In this document: in pieces, positions 48,614-57,858 of the stretch | Numbering within the stretch: position 1 is the first letter of the stretch | Layout: each line of letters starts with the position of its first letter | From: an uncultured Actinomycetota bacterium | GTDB taxonomy: Bacteria; Actinomycetota; Humimicrobiia; Humimicrobiales; Humimicrobiaceae | DNA length: 64,000 bases | Assembly (NCBI GenBank): GCA_964415365.1 | Contig: CAYPYW010000005.1 | Coordinates: forward strand, 14,579-78,578 | Direction of reading: 5' to 3' | The notes under the pieces: generated by a model | Database searches by the model: none | Told to the model about the DNA's origin: nothing | Seen by the model: only the letters and a program-made list of their open reading frames with translations | Translations under genes and position numbers: made by a program

Positions 48614-49134
48614 TGGGTATGAGTAGTGAAATAACCGGGGAGGAAATTGAAAAATTATATGTAAAGTTGAAAGATGATGCAGAGTCCGGCGGGTATTATC
48701 TCAACCCTGATATTGAGTTCACCAAAAAGCTGGTAAGAGGTTTAATAGTAAACCAAAAAAGATATGGATACCAGGCGTGCCCCTGCAGACTGGCATCAGG
48801 TAAAAAAGAGAAAGATCTGGACATAATATGTCCGTGTGATTACCGGGATCCTGATCTGGACGATTATGGGACGTGCTATTGTGCGCTTTACGTGGATGAG
48901 GAAATACTGAAAGGCAAAAAGAAAGTAAGATCGATTCCAGAAAGAAGATTTACAGGAGAAAAACAAAGTCAGGAAAAAGAAATTAAAATGTCTGGAGATA
49001 AGGTTCTAAATATTAAATATCCGGTGTGGAGATGTAAAGTCTGTGGTTATCTCTGTGCAAGGGAGAATCCGCCAGAGATTTGTCCTGTATGCAAAGCTAA
49101 AAGAGATAGGTTCGAAATATTTATTGAAAAATAG
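48610..49134 (+). CDS. Ferredoxin:thioredoxin reductase catalytic-subunit-like domain fused to C-terminal rubredoxin
   Basis: FTRc Cys pattern CPCRL-x13-CPC...CYCALY, then rubredoxin-type CKVCGY...CPVC. The start overlaps the grx-like stop (ATGA). Confidence 0.7.
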   Translation: MMGMSSEITGEEIEKLYVKLKDDAESGGYYLNPDIEFTKKLVRGLIVNQKRYGYQACPCRLASGKKEKDLDIICPCDYRDPDLDDYGTCYCALYVDEEILKGKKKVRSIPERRFTGEKQSQEKEIKMSGDKVLNIKYPVWRCKVCGYLCARENPPEICPVCKAKRDRFEIFIEK

Positions 49135-49152
49135 GTAAGATAAATCAATCCA

Positions 49153-50322
49153 TTACATTTTTTTATTTGCCAATCCTGCTATAGTCAGTTTATCTTCGCC
49201 AAATTTATCTGATATTCTGTCAATGGCTTTGCTCAGGTTTTCATCTCCTGCTCTGTCATCATGAATTAAATTTTCCAGCATGAAGGTTGGTTTCAAGTTG
49301 TTTATTGAAATTCCAATCAGTCTGATTTTTCTTCTCTTTAAGTCAAAATTTTCAAGCAAGAGTACAGAAGACCTTTGTATATCGAATATACCAGAAATGT
49401 AATTTTTTAAAGTTGTTCTCCTGGTAACTGTTTTAAAATCAGAGAATCTTATTTTAAGAGTGACTACTTTGCCCTTGTATTTTTTTAAACGGAGATTTCT
49501 GGATATTTTTTGTGAAAGGAAAAGTAGTGTTGACCTCAATATTCTAAAATCATCCACATCTTTACTATAAGTTGTCTCTCTTCCTATTGATTTGGGCTCC
49601 TGATTTATTTCCACTTCTCTGTTGTCAATCCCATTTGCCATTTCGTGGATGATCCTGCCAAGCTCTCCAAATTTATTTTCAATTATTGCCAGTGGGGCAC
49701 CGGCAAGGTCACCAATGGTTTTGATTCCCATTGATTTAAGTTCTTCACCTGTAACTCTCCCCACACCCCATATATAAGATACTGGGAGGAGCCTGACTTT
49801 TTTCATAACTTCCCGGGTATTTTCGAGTACCGTGAGACCATTGGGTTTTCCTATGCTTGAGGCAAGTTTGGCTAGAAACTTATTGGGTCCTATGCCGGCA
49901 GAGGAGGTCAAGTTAGTTTGCTCATAAATCCTGCTCTTTATTTTTTTAGCGATTTCCAGCTCATTCCCAAAAAGTTTTTGACAGCCGGTTATATCAAGAA
50001 AAGCTTCATCGCAGCCTATGGATTCCACGAGTGGAGTGAACTGAAAAAATATCTTTCTTATCATTGCTGATTCTTTAAGATATTTTTCCATATTGACTGG
50101 AACAAAAATTCCATTGGGGCACAGCCTCTTTGCACGAACCAGAGGCATTCCTGAATGCAGGCCATATTTTCTTGCTTCATAGGAAGCAGAAGAAATAACC
50201 CCTCTGTTTAACGGTCCACCTACTATCAAGGGTTTATTTTTATATTCAGGAGCATCTCTTTGCTCTATCTGGGCAAAGAAAGCATCCATATCTATGTGAA
50301 TTATTCTTCTTAAGTTTTCCAT
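49153..50322 (-). CDS. dinB: DNA polymerase IV (Y-family translesion polymerase)
   Basis: IIHIDMDAFFAQIEQRD (catalytic DMD motif), SIDEAFLD, and little-finger region. Length 389 aa. Confidence 0.9.
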   Translation of the reverse strand: MENLRRIIHIDMDAFFAQIEQRDAPEYKNKPLIVGGPLNRGVISSASYEARKYGLHSGMPLVRAKRLCPNGIFVPVNMEKYLKESAMIRKIFFQFTPLVESIGCDEAFLDITGCQKLFGNELEIAKKIKSRIYEQTNLTSSAGIGPNKFLAKLASSIGKPNGLTVLENTREVMKKVRLLPVSYIWGVGRVTGEELKSMGIKTIGDLAGAPLAIIENKFGELGRIIHEMANGIDNREVEINQEPKSIGRETTYSKDVDDFRILRSTLLFLSQKISRNLRLKKYKGKVVTLKIRFSDFKTVTRRTTLKNYISGIFDIQRSSVLLLENFDLKRRKIRLIGISINNLKPTFMLENLIHDDRAGDENLSKAIDRISDKFGEDKLTIAGLANKKM

Positions 50323-50375
50323 GCTGGTTTTGTTTCTTAAATAAGATTGTAGGATTGACTGCTTTTATATTACTA

Positions 50376-50391
50376 CCGAACGTATGTTTGG
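50376..50391. promoter_or_regulatory. Candidate LexA (Cheo-type) SOS box upstream of dinB: CCGAACGTATGTTTGG
   Basis: GAAC-N4-GTTT matches the Firmicute consensus CGAACRNRYGTTCG with one half-site mismatch. It lies about 55-70 bp upstream of the dinB start on the coding side. Confidence 0.4.
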
Positions 50392-50650
50392 TCAATAGAA
50401 ATTTATTAATTCATTCTTTGTCCTGTCCCTGATTCATTATTTTTTTTATGTCTTTTTGATGTTCCTTCTGATGAGAGTAGTGGATTTCAGGCAGATGTCT
50501 ATTCAAACAAGTAAGGGGGTCTGATAATTTTGAGGTTGATTTTTCGGCATTTTTCTATATAATAAGGAGCTTTGTATAGCATTATCAAAAGATGTTTTAA
50601 TTAAATTATTATTATTTTTGAAAAATACTGTATAAAGAGAGAAGAAAAAT

Positions 50651-51181
50651 ATGAGAAGATACAACATGGCTGTACATATTTTATTCTGGATACTTATAGC
50701 ATTTTTACTTTCAATAGCAGTGCTATCTCTGTTTTCTGGAAATGATAAAATTGGTTCTTTGTTTCCTTTCTTTAAAAGTGCTGAACTTTCTGAGGAAGTA
50801 AAGGTGACAATTAAAGATATAGAAGAAGCTGAGAAGGAAGTGGATTGGTATTATTTTATTGCTTCCGGTTATAGTGCCAATGATCATGTACAGGGTACTG
50901 ACAATACTACTGCAACTGGAAAAGAAGTAAGAGAAGGAATAGTTGCAGTGGATCCCGATGTAATACCCCTGGGGACAAAGATTGAAATAAAAGATATAGG
51001 AATTTTTACGGCAGAGGATACGGGGGGAAAAATTAAGGGTAATAGAATAGATATATACTTTGATTCAAAAGAAGAAGCAGAAGAATTTGGCAGAAAAGGT
51101 GTCTGGGTCAAAATGGTAAATGACAGTTATGAACTAGAGGTAGCTGGTTTATATGGAAATATACAATCGCTAGGCAATTAA
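50651..51181 (+). CDS. 3D-domain protein (MltA-like 3D domain, YabE/stationary-phase survival type) with N-terminal TM anchor
   Basis: N-terminal TM. C-terminal YSANDHVQGTDNTTATGKEVREGIVAVDPDVIPLGTKIEIKDIGIFTAEDTGGKIKGNRIDIYF contains the three conserved Asp of the 3D domain. Confidence 0.65.
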   Translation: MRRYNMAVHILFWILIAFLLSIAVLSLFSGNDKIGSLFPFFKSAELSEEVKVTIKDIEEAEKEVDWYYFIASGYSANDHVQGTDNTTATGKEVREGIVAVDPDVIPLGTKIEIKDIGIFTAEDTGGKIKGNRIDIYFDSKEEAEEFGRKGVWVKMVNDSYELEVAGLYGNIQSLGN

Positions 51182-51189
51182 AGACTTTT

Positions 51190-51549
51190 TTACTTTTTAT
51201 TATCTTCGGTTATCTTACTTAAAATTTTGTGGAATTCCGCGGCATCTTTTTTCTTTATTTTATTTATTTTTACGCTTTCTTTTTTACTGTTTACTACTAA
51301 TGTAGAATAAATCAAACCTTTCTTGAGGTTGGCGGATATAATATAGGGATAGGTACCTATAAACTTTTTTTCTCTGGTTATGTTGGAATAGAAGTAGAAG
51401 AATAATTTCTTATCGGTTAGGACCAGATAACCATCGACTATACTGTCCAGATTACCGGCCGCTGTAAATATAGTTTTTTCACCGGGTTCCATAAAAGGGA
51501 AATACCCTATACTTTGAGATTTTTCGTCATTTAATAAATGGCCGGACAC
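51190..51549 (-). CDS. Hypothetical protein, possible bacterial PH-like (bPH) domain
   Basis: 119-aa ORF. The pattern KTIFTAAGNL...GYLVLTDKKLFFYF resembles bPH/GRAM-like domains. Weak. Confidence 0.4.
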   Translation of the reverse strand: MSGHLLNDEKSQSIGYFPFMEPGEKTIFTAAGNLDSIVDGYLVLTDKKLFFYFYSNITREKKFIGTYPYIISANLKKGLIYSTLVVNSKKESVKINKIKKKDAAEFHKILSKITEDNKK

Positions 51550-51781
51550 ATCAACGCCTCAAAAATTTTACATAAAATTTGCTTAAAGGAAAATTAAGTG
51601 TAATTATATAAAATAATAACCGATAAAAAAAGAAATTCTTTCAAGAATATCTAAAATATACCTCTGTTGTGTCTTGTAATGGGAAAGCTCAGGGTGCTTT
51701 ATTGACTTTTATTTTTCAAGTGGCTAATATTTGTTTTGCAAAATAAATGGTAATATAATATTTAGACTGAAATTTTGTCGA

Positions 51782-51857
51782 GCGGAAGTAGCTCAGTTGG
51801 TAGAGCATCACCTTGCCAAGGTGGGGGTCGCGGGTCCAAGTCCCGTCTTCCGCTCCA
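51782..51857 (+). tRNA. tRNA-Gly (anticodon GCC), CCA encoded
   Basis: Acceptor GCGGAAG/CTTCCGC. Anticodon stem TCACC/GGTGG with loop TTGCCAA. T-arm GCGGG-TCCAAGT-CCCGT. Ends TCCA. Confidence 0.9.
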
Positions 51858-51933
51858 TTTTTTTTGTAGGTGATTTGATTGTCCTTCGTGTATAAAGATA
51901 TATAATAGAAAATAACTTTGTGAAGAAATACAA

Positions 51934-53874
51934 GTGCAGATGATTGGGATAGAATTTAAAAAAGTAGGAAAAATTCAAGTAGAAGAGGGATCAAGTATTC
52001 TGGAAGCGATAGAGAAGCTTGATAAAAAAATTGCCCGTGAAGCAATTGCAGCTGAAATGTCTGACGGGACAGGTAAAGGGCTGGAAAGTAATCTGGTGGA
52101 TCTTGGGTACAAATTAAGCAAAGATTCGATTTTTAATATTATTACTGCTGATAATGGTGAAAAAGCTTCTGGCATATTAAATCACAGCTCTTCTCATATA
52201 ATGGCTACAGCTATAAAGAAAATATTTCCAGACGCAAAGTTTGCCATTGGTCCTGCCATAAAAGAAGGTTTTTATTATGATTTTGAAACCGAAAAAAATG
52301 TATCAGCAGAAGATCTTCCTTTAATAGAAGAAGAAATGGAAAAAATAATAAAGGCTGATTATAAGTTTGAAAGAAATGAAATCAGCAGAGAAGAGGCCAG
52401 GGAATTATTTAAAGATAATCCCTATAAAATTGAATTGATAGACGACATAAAGGATAAGAAAGTCAGTATTTATTCTTCTGGGGATTTTATTGACTTATGC
52501 TCGGGGCCTCATATTCCATCTACCGGAAAAGTCAGAGCATTTAAGTTATTAAGTGTCGCAGGAGCTTACTGGAGGGGTAGTGAGAAAAATAAGATGCTGG
52601 CAAGAATATACGGAACCGCATTTTTCAACAGGGAAGAATTGAAGAAGTATCTGGACAGATTAGAGAGAGCAAAGAGAAGCGACCACCGGAAGATAGGGAA
52701 GGACTTGGATCTGTTCAGCTTTCATGATGAAGCTCCTGGATTCCCCTTTTTCCATCCAAAAGGAATGGTGCTTATAAAAATTATACTGGATTACTGGAGA
52801 GAGGAACATATAAAGGAGGGATATGAAGAAGTAAATACACCGATTATATTGAGTAATCAGCTGTGGAAGACTTCAGGGCACTGGGATAATTACAGGGAGA
52901 ATATGTATTTTATAAAAATTGATGAAGATGATTATGCTGTTAAGCCCATGAACTGCCCTGGTACAATTATAGTATATAAAACAAGTCAACACTCTTATAA
53001 AGAACTTCCTATAAGGATCACTGAATTGGGACTGGTACACCGGCATGAGAAATCCGGAGTTTTGCATGGGTTATTCAGGGTAAGGAGCTTCACTCAGGAT
53101 GATGCTCACATATTCTGCACAGAGGAACAGGCAGAAGAAGAAGTATCAAAGACAATAGGTTTAATCGATCGTGTGTATAAGGTTTTTGGTTTTGACAAGT
53201 ACCACCTCGAACTTTCAACAAAGCCTGACAAAAGAATAGGCACGGACCGAATGTGGGAAAAAGCGGAGGATATATTAAAAAAGGCAATTGAGAGCAAGGG
53301 GCTTGAGTATGAGATAAATGAAGGAGAGGGAGCTTTTTATGGCCCAAAGATTGATTTTCATATTCAGGACTGTTTGGGAAGAACATGGCAGTGCGGTACT
53401 ATCCAGCTTGATTTTGCGATGCCGGAAAAATTTGATATTGAGTATATGGGAGAAGACAACGCAAAGCACAGACCGGTAATGATTCATAGGACAGTACTGG
53501 GAAGTATTGAAAGGTTTATAGGCATACTCCTGGAGCATTACAGCGGGAATTTACCTCCATGGCTGGCACCACAGCAAATTGCAATACTGCCAATTTCTGA
53601 AAAATTTTATGATTACGGCAAAAGTGTGTATGATTTGCTGGAGGTGAATGGTTTTAGAGTAGAAATTGATAATAGAGTAGAGTCATTAAATAAAAAGATA
53701 AGACAGGCAGAGATTAAAAAAATACCTTACATGATTATAGTCGGGAAAAACGAAGAAAGAACCGGAACTGTTACCGTCAGAAAAAAGATTGGCGGGAATA
53801 TAAAGGAAATAAAACTTTCAGATTTTACCAGCGAATTAAAAGATGTCATAAGAGACAAGAAGAAAATTTATTAG
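51934..53874 (+). CDS. thrS: Threonyl-tRNA synthetase
   Basis: TGS/second-additional domains. Class II core (FRVRSFTQDDAHIF, HRTVLGSIERFIGILLE). C-terminal anticodon-binding domain. Length 646 aa. Confidence 0.95.
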   Translation: MQMIGIEFKKVGKIQVEEGSSILEAIEKLDKKIAREAIAAEMSDGTGKGLESNLVDLGYKLSKDSIFNIITADNGEKASGILNHSSSHIMATAIKKIFPDAKFAIGPAIKEGFYYDFETEKNVSAEDLPLIEEEMEKIIKADYKFERNEISREEARELFKDNPYKIELIDDIKDKKVSIYSSGDFIDLCSGPHIPSTGKVRAFKLLSVAGAYWRGSEKNKMLARIYGTAFFNREELKKYLDRLERAKRSDHRKIGKDLDLFSFHDEAPGFPFFHPKGMVLIKIILDYWREEHIKEGYEEVNTPIILSNQLWKTSGHWDNYRENMYFIKIDEDDYAVKPMNCPGTIIVYKTSQHSYKELPIRITELGLVHRHEKSGVLHGLFRVRSFTQDDAHIFCTEEQAEEEVSKTIGLIDRVYKVFGFDKYHLELSTKPDKRIGTDRMWEKAEDILKKAIESKGLEYEINEGEGAFYGPKIDFHIQDCLGRTWQCGTIQLDFAMPEKFDIEYMGEDNAKHRPVMIHRTVLGSIERFIGILLEHYSGNLPPWLAPQQIAILPISEKFYDYGKSVYDLLEVNGFRVEIDNRVESLNKKIRQAEIKKIPYMIIVGKNEERTGTVTVRKKIGGNIKEIKLSDFTSELKDVIRDKKKIY

Positions 53875-54012
53875 ACTAGAATTATTTATCCTTTATTTTT
53901 TAAAAAAATGTTCTTATAATTTAACTTAACACTCTTGAGTATTGGTTCATGTATAATATTGTATATATAATAATTTATAAATTGTTTACTAATTTATCAA
54001 GAGGTATATAAA

Positions 54013-55356
54013 ATGACGCTGAAAGAAAGAGTAAAGCTATACACCGCAAAGACGGCCATACGGGGTGTATTAAAGGTACTTCCTAAAATTTCTGATGAGA
54101 GATGGCTTTCATTGATTAAAGGTCGGGTATACAAACTCAAGAAAAGGGAAGAGAGAGATTTTCTGGAGAACTTGCTTATAAATCTAAAGAGCGCGGCCTC
54201 GAGAGTATCCCCCCAGGTAAGAGAAAAAATAGTTATGAATTTGATAAATAATGCAATGATACAGGGTCAACCCAAGAGACTTGATTTTGCCAAAAAATAC
54301 GGTTTTAATCCTCCAAACCTTTTAGTAATAAGCCCCACTATGAGATGCAATTTAAAATGCTATGGATGCTACGCATGGCAGTATTCTAAAAAGAATGATC
54401 TTCCGTATGATGTCTGCAATAGAGTAATAGATGAAGCAAATGATATAGGACTTTACTTTTTTGTTATAACAGGCGGTGAACCATTTTGCTGGGATAAATT
54501 CTATGACTTTCTGGAAAGACACAATGAATCATTCTTCCAGATATATACAAATGGTCAATTAATAGATGATAAGGTCGCAAAAAAACTGGCAGAGCTTGGG
54601 AATGCAGTCCCATGTATCAGTGTGGAAGGATTTGAAAAAGAAACTGACATGAGAAGAGGCCAGGGAGCCTGGGGAAAAATTATGAAAGCAATGGATGCCC
54701 TGAATGATAATGGAGTGCTGTTTGGATTTTCTGTTACTGCCACCAGAGATAACAATGATCTTGTGGTTAGTGATGAATTTGTTGATTTATTCATAGAAAA
54801 GGGAGCATTTATTGGATGGTACTTTAATTATATTCCTATAGGTAAAGAGCCCAATATGGAACTTATGCCTACTCCTGAACAAAGGGATTACAGAAGGGAA
54901 AGAATTTTAGAAATAAGAAAGAATAAGAAGCTGATAGTGGCTGATTTCTGGAATGACGGACCACTGGTAAATGGCTGTATGGCCGGTGGGAAAAACTACC
55001 TGCATGTTAACGTAAATGGTGATGTTGAGCCATGTGTTTTCGTACACTTTGCTGCTGATAATATAAAAGAGAAAAGCCTGACGGAAGTTCTAAATTCGGA
55101 CTTCTTTAACGGATTCAGGAAAAGGCAGCCTTATACAAAAAATCATTTAAGACCATGTTGCATAATAGATAATCCCTATGTTTTAAGAGATATAGTTGCT
55201 GAAACTGGTGCTTATCCCACACATGATGGGGCCGAAACAGTTGTAGGGTGCCTGGCGGAACCTCTGGATAAGTATGCCAGTGATTATAAGGAGATTGCAG
55301 ATAAAGTATGGGAAGAAGAATATACTCCTGAAGAAGAGGGAGAGGCAGCAGTATAG
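54013..55356 (+). CDS. Radical SAM enzyme with C-terminal SPASM/twitch-like Cys-rich domain and about 100-aa N-terminal extension; function unknown
   Basis: MRCNLKCYGCY (CxxxCxxC). Glycine-rich SAM motif FFVITGGEP. C-terminal Cys cluster CMAGGKNYLHVNVNGDVEPCVF...RPCC. Confidence 0.75.
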   Translation: MTLKERVKLYTAKTAIRGVLKVLPKISDERWLSLIKGRVYKLKKREERDFLENLLINLKSAASRVSPQVREKIVMNLINNAMIQGQPKRLDFAKKYGFNPPNLLVISPTMRCNLKCYGCYAWQYSKKNDLPYDVCNRVIDEANDIGLYFFVITGGEPFCWDKFYDFLERHNESFFQIYTNGQLIDDKVAKKLAELGNAVPCISVEGFEKETDMRRGQGAWGKIMKAMDALNDNGVLFGFSVTATRDNNDLVVSDEFVDLFIEKGAFIGWYFNYIPIGKEPNMELMPTPEQRDYRRERILEIRKNKKLIVADFWNDGPLVNGCMAGGKNYLHVNVNGDVEPCVFVHFAADNIKEKSLTEVLNSDFFNGFRKRQPYTKNHLRPCCIIDNPYVLRDIVAETGAYPTHDGAETVVGCLAEPLDKYASDYKEIADKVWEEEYTPEEEGEAAV

Positions 55357-55522
55357 ACAAAATAATTAATAATTAGTATAATTCCGAAATTAATAATATA
55401 AAATTGTTAAAAAGATAGAAAGAATAAGAAAAATAAGTAGAAATCATCTATTTCTCACCAGATGGCGGTTGTGTAAACCTGTTAATTTGGTTATTTAAAT
55501 TTAGATTTAATTGAATGGGTAG

Positions 55523-56083
55523 ATGATTAATCTGCCTATTTTTTTTCAAAAATGTTTATGGAGGTGCAACTTCGAAGATAATAGAAGGATTCGTGTAAAC
55601 GAACAAATCAGGGTTCCAGAGGTCAGGTTGATTGCGGAAGATGGCAGTCAGGTTGGAGTAGTTCCAGTTAAAGAAGCATTAAAAACTGCTGAAGAAAAGG
55701 GACTGGATTTAGTTGAGGTTTCACCCAAAAGCAATCCACCTGTCTGCAGGATAATGGATTACAGAAAATATAAGTACCAGCTGGAGATATCGGAAAAATT
55801 AAAGAAGAAAAAGCAATCTCAGATTATCGTAAAAGAAATAAAATTAAGGCCGAAAATAGATACGAATGATCTCAATACTAAAAAGAAGCAGATAGAGAAA
55901 TTCTTAAAAAGCGGCTATAAGGTGAAGGTAACAGTAATGTTCAGAGGCAGAGAGATTGTACATAAAGAGCTGGGAATGAACATGTTAGATAGGTTGATGG
56001 AAGAACTGAAGGATAAATGTGTACCGGAATTAGAACCCAAATTAGATGGATACAATATAATTACGGTTTTAGCACCAATTTAG
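55523..56083 (+). CDS. infC: Translation initiation factor IF-3 (start codon uncertain, probably non-canonical and downstream of the called ATG)
   Basis: [16 protein letters not shown]...[15 protein letters not shown]...[49 protein letters not shown] is canonical IF3. The ORF-track Met adds about 25 atypical residues. IF3 genes classically use AUU/AUA starts. An in-frame ATT lies near 55596. Confidence 0.85.
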   Translation: MINLPIFFQKCLWRCNFEDNRRIRVNEQIRVPEVRLIAEDGSQVGVVPVKEALKTAEEKGLDLVEVSPKSNPPVCRIMDYRKYKYQLEISEKLKKKKQSQIIVKEIKLRPKIDTNDLNTKKKQIEKFLKSGYKVKVTVMFRGREIVHKELGMNMLDRLMEELKDKCVPELEPKLDGYNIITVLAPI

Positions 56084-56129
56084 AAATAAAATTATAATCT
56101 TAAGTAAATACAGTTGGAAGGATATTATT

Positions 56130-56324
56130 ATGCCGAAAATTAAAACTCATAAAGGTGCGGCTAAGAGATTCAAAACTAGCGGGAGTGGAAAGATCCTCAG
56201 GGTAAAGGCGTATAAAGGTCATATCCTGACTAAAAAGACTGCTGAAAGGAAGAGGCGGTTAGGAATAACTCAGGAGGTTTCTGCTTCTGATAAGAAAAAA
56301 ATAAGAAGACTATTAGGCAGATGA
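56130..56324 (+). CDS. rpmI: 50S ribosomal protein L35
   Basis: [21 protein letters not shown]... Confidence 0.92.
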   Translation: MPKIKTHKGAAKRFKTSGSGKILRVKAYKGHILTKKTAERKRRLGITQEVSASDKKKIRRLLGR

Positions 56325-56340
56325 GAAAGGTGTGATTTAA

Positions 56341-56697
56341 ATGACCAGAGTCAAAAGGGGGCAGGTCAAAAAAAGAAAGCATAAAAAAATATTAAAAGAA
56401 GCAAGGGGCTACTACGGTTCCAAAAGTAGAAGCTACAAAATTGCCAAAGAGCAATTGCTTAAATCAATGAGCTATGCATACAGGGATAGAAAAAACAATA
56501 AAAGAAATTTCAGGAGATTGTGGATTACGAGGATAAATGCTGCAGCCAGGATAAATGGAATTTCATATAACGAATTTATAAATGGATTAAAGAAAGCAAG
56601 TGTAGACATCAACAGAAAGATGCTATCAGAAATGGCAGTAAATGACCCTAATGCTTTTCAGAAATTAACTGAAGTCGCGAAGAAACAACTTGTATAA
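56341..56697 (+). CDS. rplT: 50S ribosomal protein L20
   Basis: [26 protein letters not shown]... Confidence 0.92.
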   Translation: MTRVKRGQVKKRKHKKILKEARGYYGSKSRSYKIAKEQLLKSMSYAYRDRKNNKRNFRRLWITRINAAARINGISYNEFINGLKKASVDINRKMLSEMAVNDPNAFQKLTEVAKKQLV

Positions 56698-57748
56698 GAT
56701 TATGAGTGAAGAAGAAAAAAATATAGGTCAGTTAGAAAAAAGAATAGAGGCAGAGCTGAGCACTTTCAGTAGAGAGCTGGAGATGGTAAAAAGTCTAAAT
56801 GAGCTGGAGAAGATAAGAACAAAGTATATTGGGAAGAAAAGCTTTTTGATTAAAACTTTAAAAGGCATAGGCAGCTTACCTGACAGTGTTAGGCCAATTG
56901 TTGGTAAAAAATCAAATATTGCGCGAAATAAAATAGAATCTGATATCCTGGAGAAAGAAAGATTTTTTAAGAGTATTGAATACGAGAATAAATTAAAGAA
57001 AGAGAGTATTGATCTGTCACTGCCAGGAAGGAGTATTAAGCGGGGAAAAAAGAACATAATTTCCCGGGTTACCGAAGAAATTGAAGAGATTTTTATTGGC
57101 ATGGGGTTTGAAATCGCAGAAGGTCCCGAAGTGGAGACCGATTATTACAATTTTGAGGCATTGAATACTCCTGTAGATCACCCTGCTAGATCACTGCATG
57201 ATACATTTTTTATTTCTGATACTGTACTGCTCAGAACTCATACATCACCGGTTCAAATAAGATATATGGAAACTCATAAACCTCCTCTATTGATAATATC
57301 GTCAGGAAAAGCCTATAGAAGAGATTATGATGTATCACATACCCCTATGTTTACTCAGATAGAAGGTCTGGTAATAGATAAAGGAATAAATTTTGGCAAC
57401 CTTAAATGGACGCTTGAGACATTTGCTCATGAAATTTTTGGAAAGGATAGGGAAGTCAGGTTCAGGCCTCATTACTTTCCGTTTACGGAGCCAAGTGCCG
57501 AAGTCGATGTTTCCTGTAATATATGTGACGGTAAAGGGTGCAGGGTATGTTCTGAGTCCGGATGGCTGGAAATCCTTGGGGCTGGAATGGTGGATCCTAA
57601 CCTATATTCATATGTAGGATATAATCCGGAAGAAGTCAGTGGATTTGCCTTCGGGATGGGAATAGAGAGAGTTTGCATGTTAAAGTACGGCATTGACGAT
57701 TTAAGACTGTTTTTCGAAGGTGATTTGAGATTTATCCATCAATTTTAA
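56690..57748 (+). CDS. pheS: Phenylalanyl-tRNA synthetase alpha subunit
   Basis: Class II motifs ([24 protein letters not shown]). The start overlaps the rplT stop. Confidence 0.95.
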   Translation: MYKIMSEEEKNIGQLEKRIEAELSTFSRELEMVKSLNELEKIRTKYIGKKSFLIKTLKGIGSLPDSVRPIVGKKSNIARNKIESDILEKERFFKSIEYENKLKKESIDLSLPGRSIKRGKKNIISRVTEEIEEIFIGMGFEIAEGPEVETDYYNFEALNTPVDHPARSLHDTFFISDTVLLRTHTSPVQIRYMETHKPPLLIISSGKAYRRDYDVSHTPMFTQIEGLVIDKGINFGNLKWTLETFAHEIFGKDREVRFRPHYFPFTEPSAEVDVSCNICDGKGCRVCSESGWLEILGAGMVDPNLYSYVGYNPEEVSGFAFGMGIERVCMLKYGIDDLRLFFEGDLRFIHQF

Positions 57749-57858
57749 CTTCTAATATATCCGTAATTTAACATATTTTATTATATATTTATTATATAAT
57801 TATTTTTATTGAGAATCCTGTATTAAACAAATATCCGAAAAGAAGGGAAATTTAAGGA

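Noticed and set aside
49100-49125. Fourth copy of the islet repeat core (GGTTCGAAATATTTATTG) at the end of the FTR-rubredoxin gene
   Set aside because: Only the first 10 nt match. It is within coding sequence (encodes RFEIFIE) and lacks the GGGCAGCCA half, so it is a chance similarity.
51858-51933. Possible T-box riboswitch upstream of thrS
   Set aside because: The spacer is only ~77 nt and lacks the conserved T-box sequence and specifier/antiterminator structures. Too short for a T-box.
55523-55600. N-terminal 25 residues of the called infC ORF ([25 protein letters not shown])
   Set aside because: This is probably not part of IF3. IF3 starts are typically non-canonical and homologs begin near NEQIR. 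I kept the ORF-track coordinates but flagged the start as uncertain.
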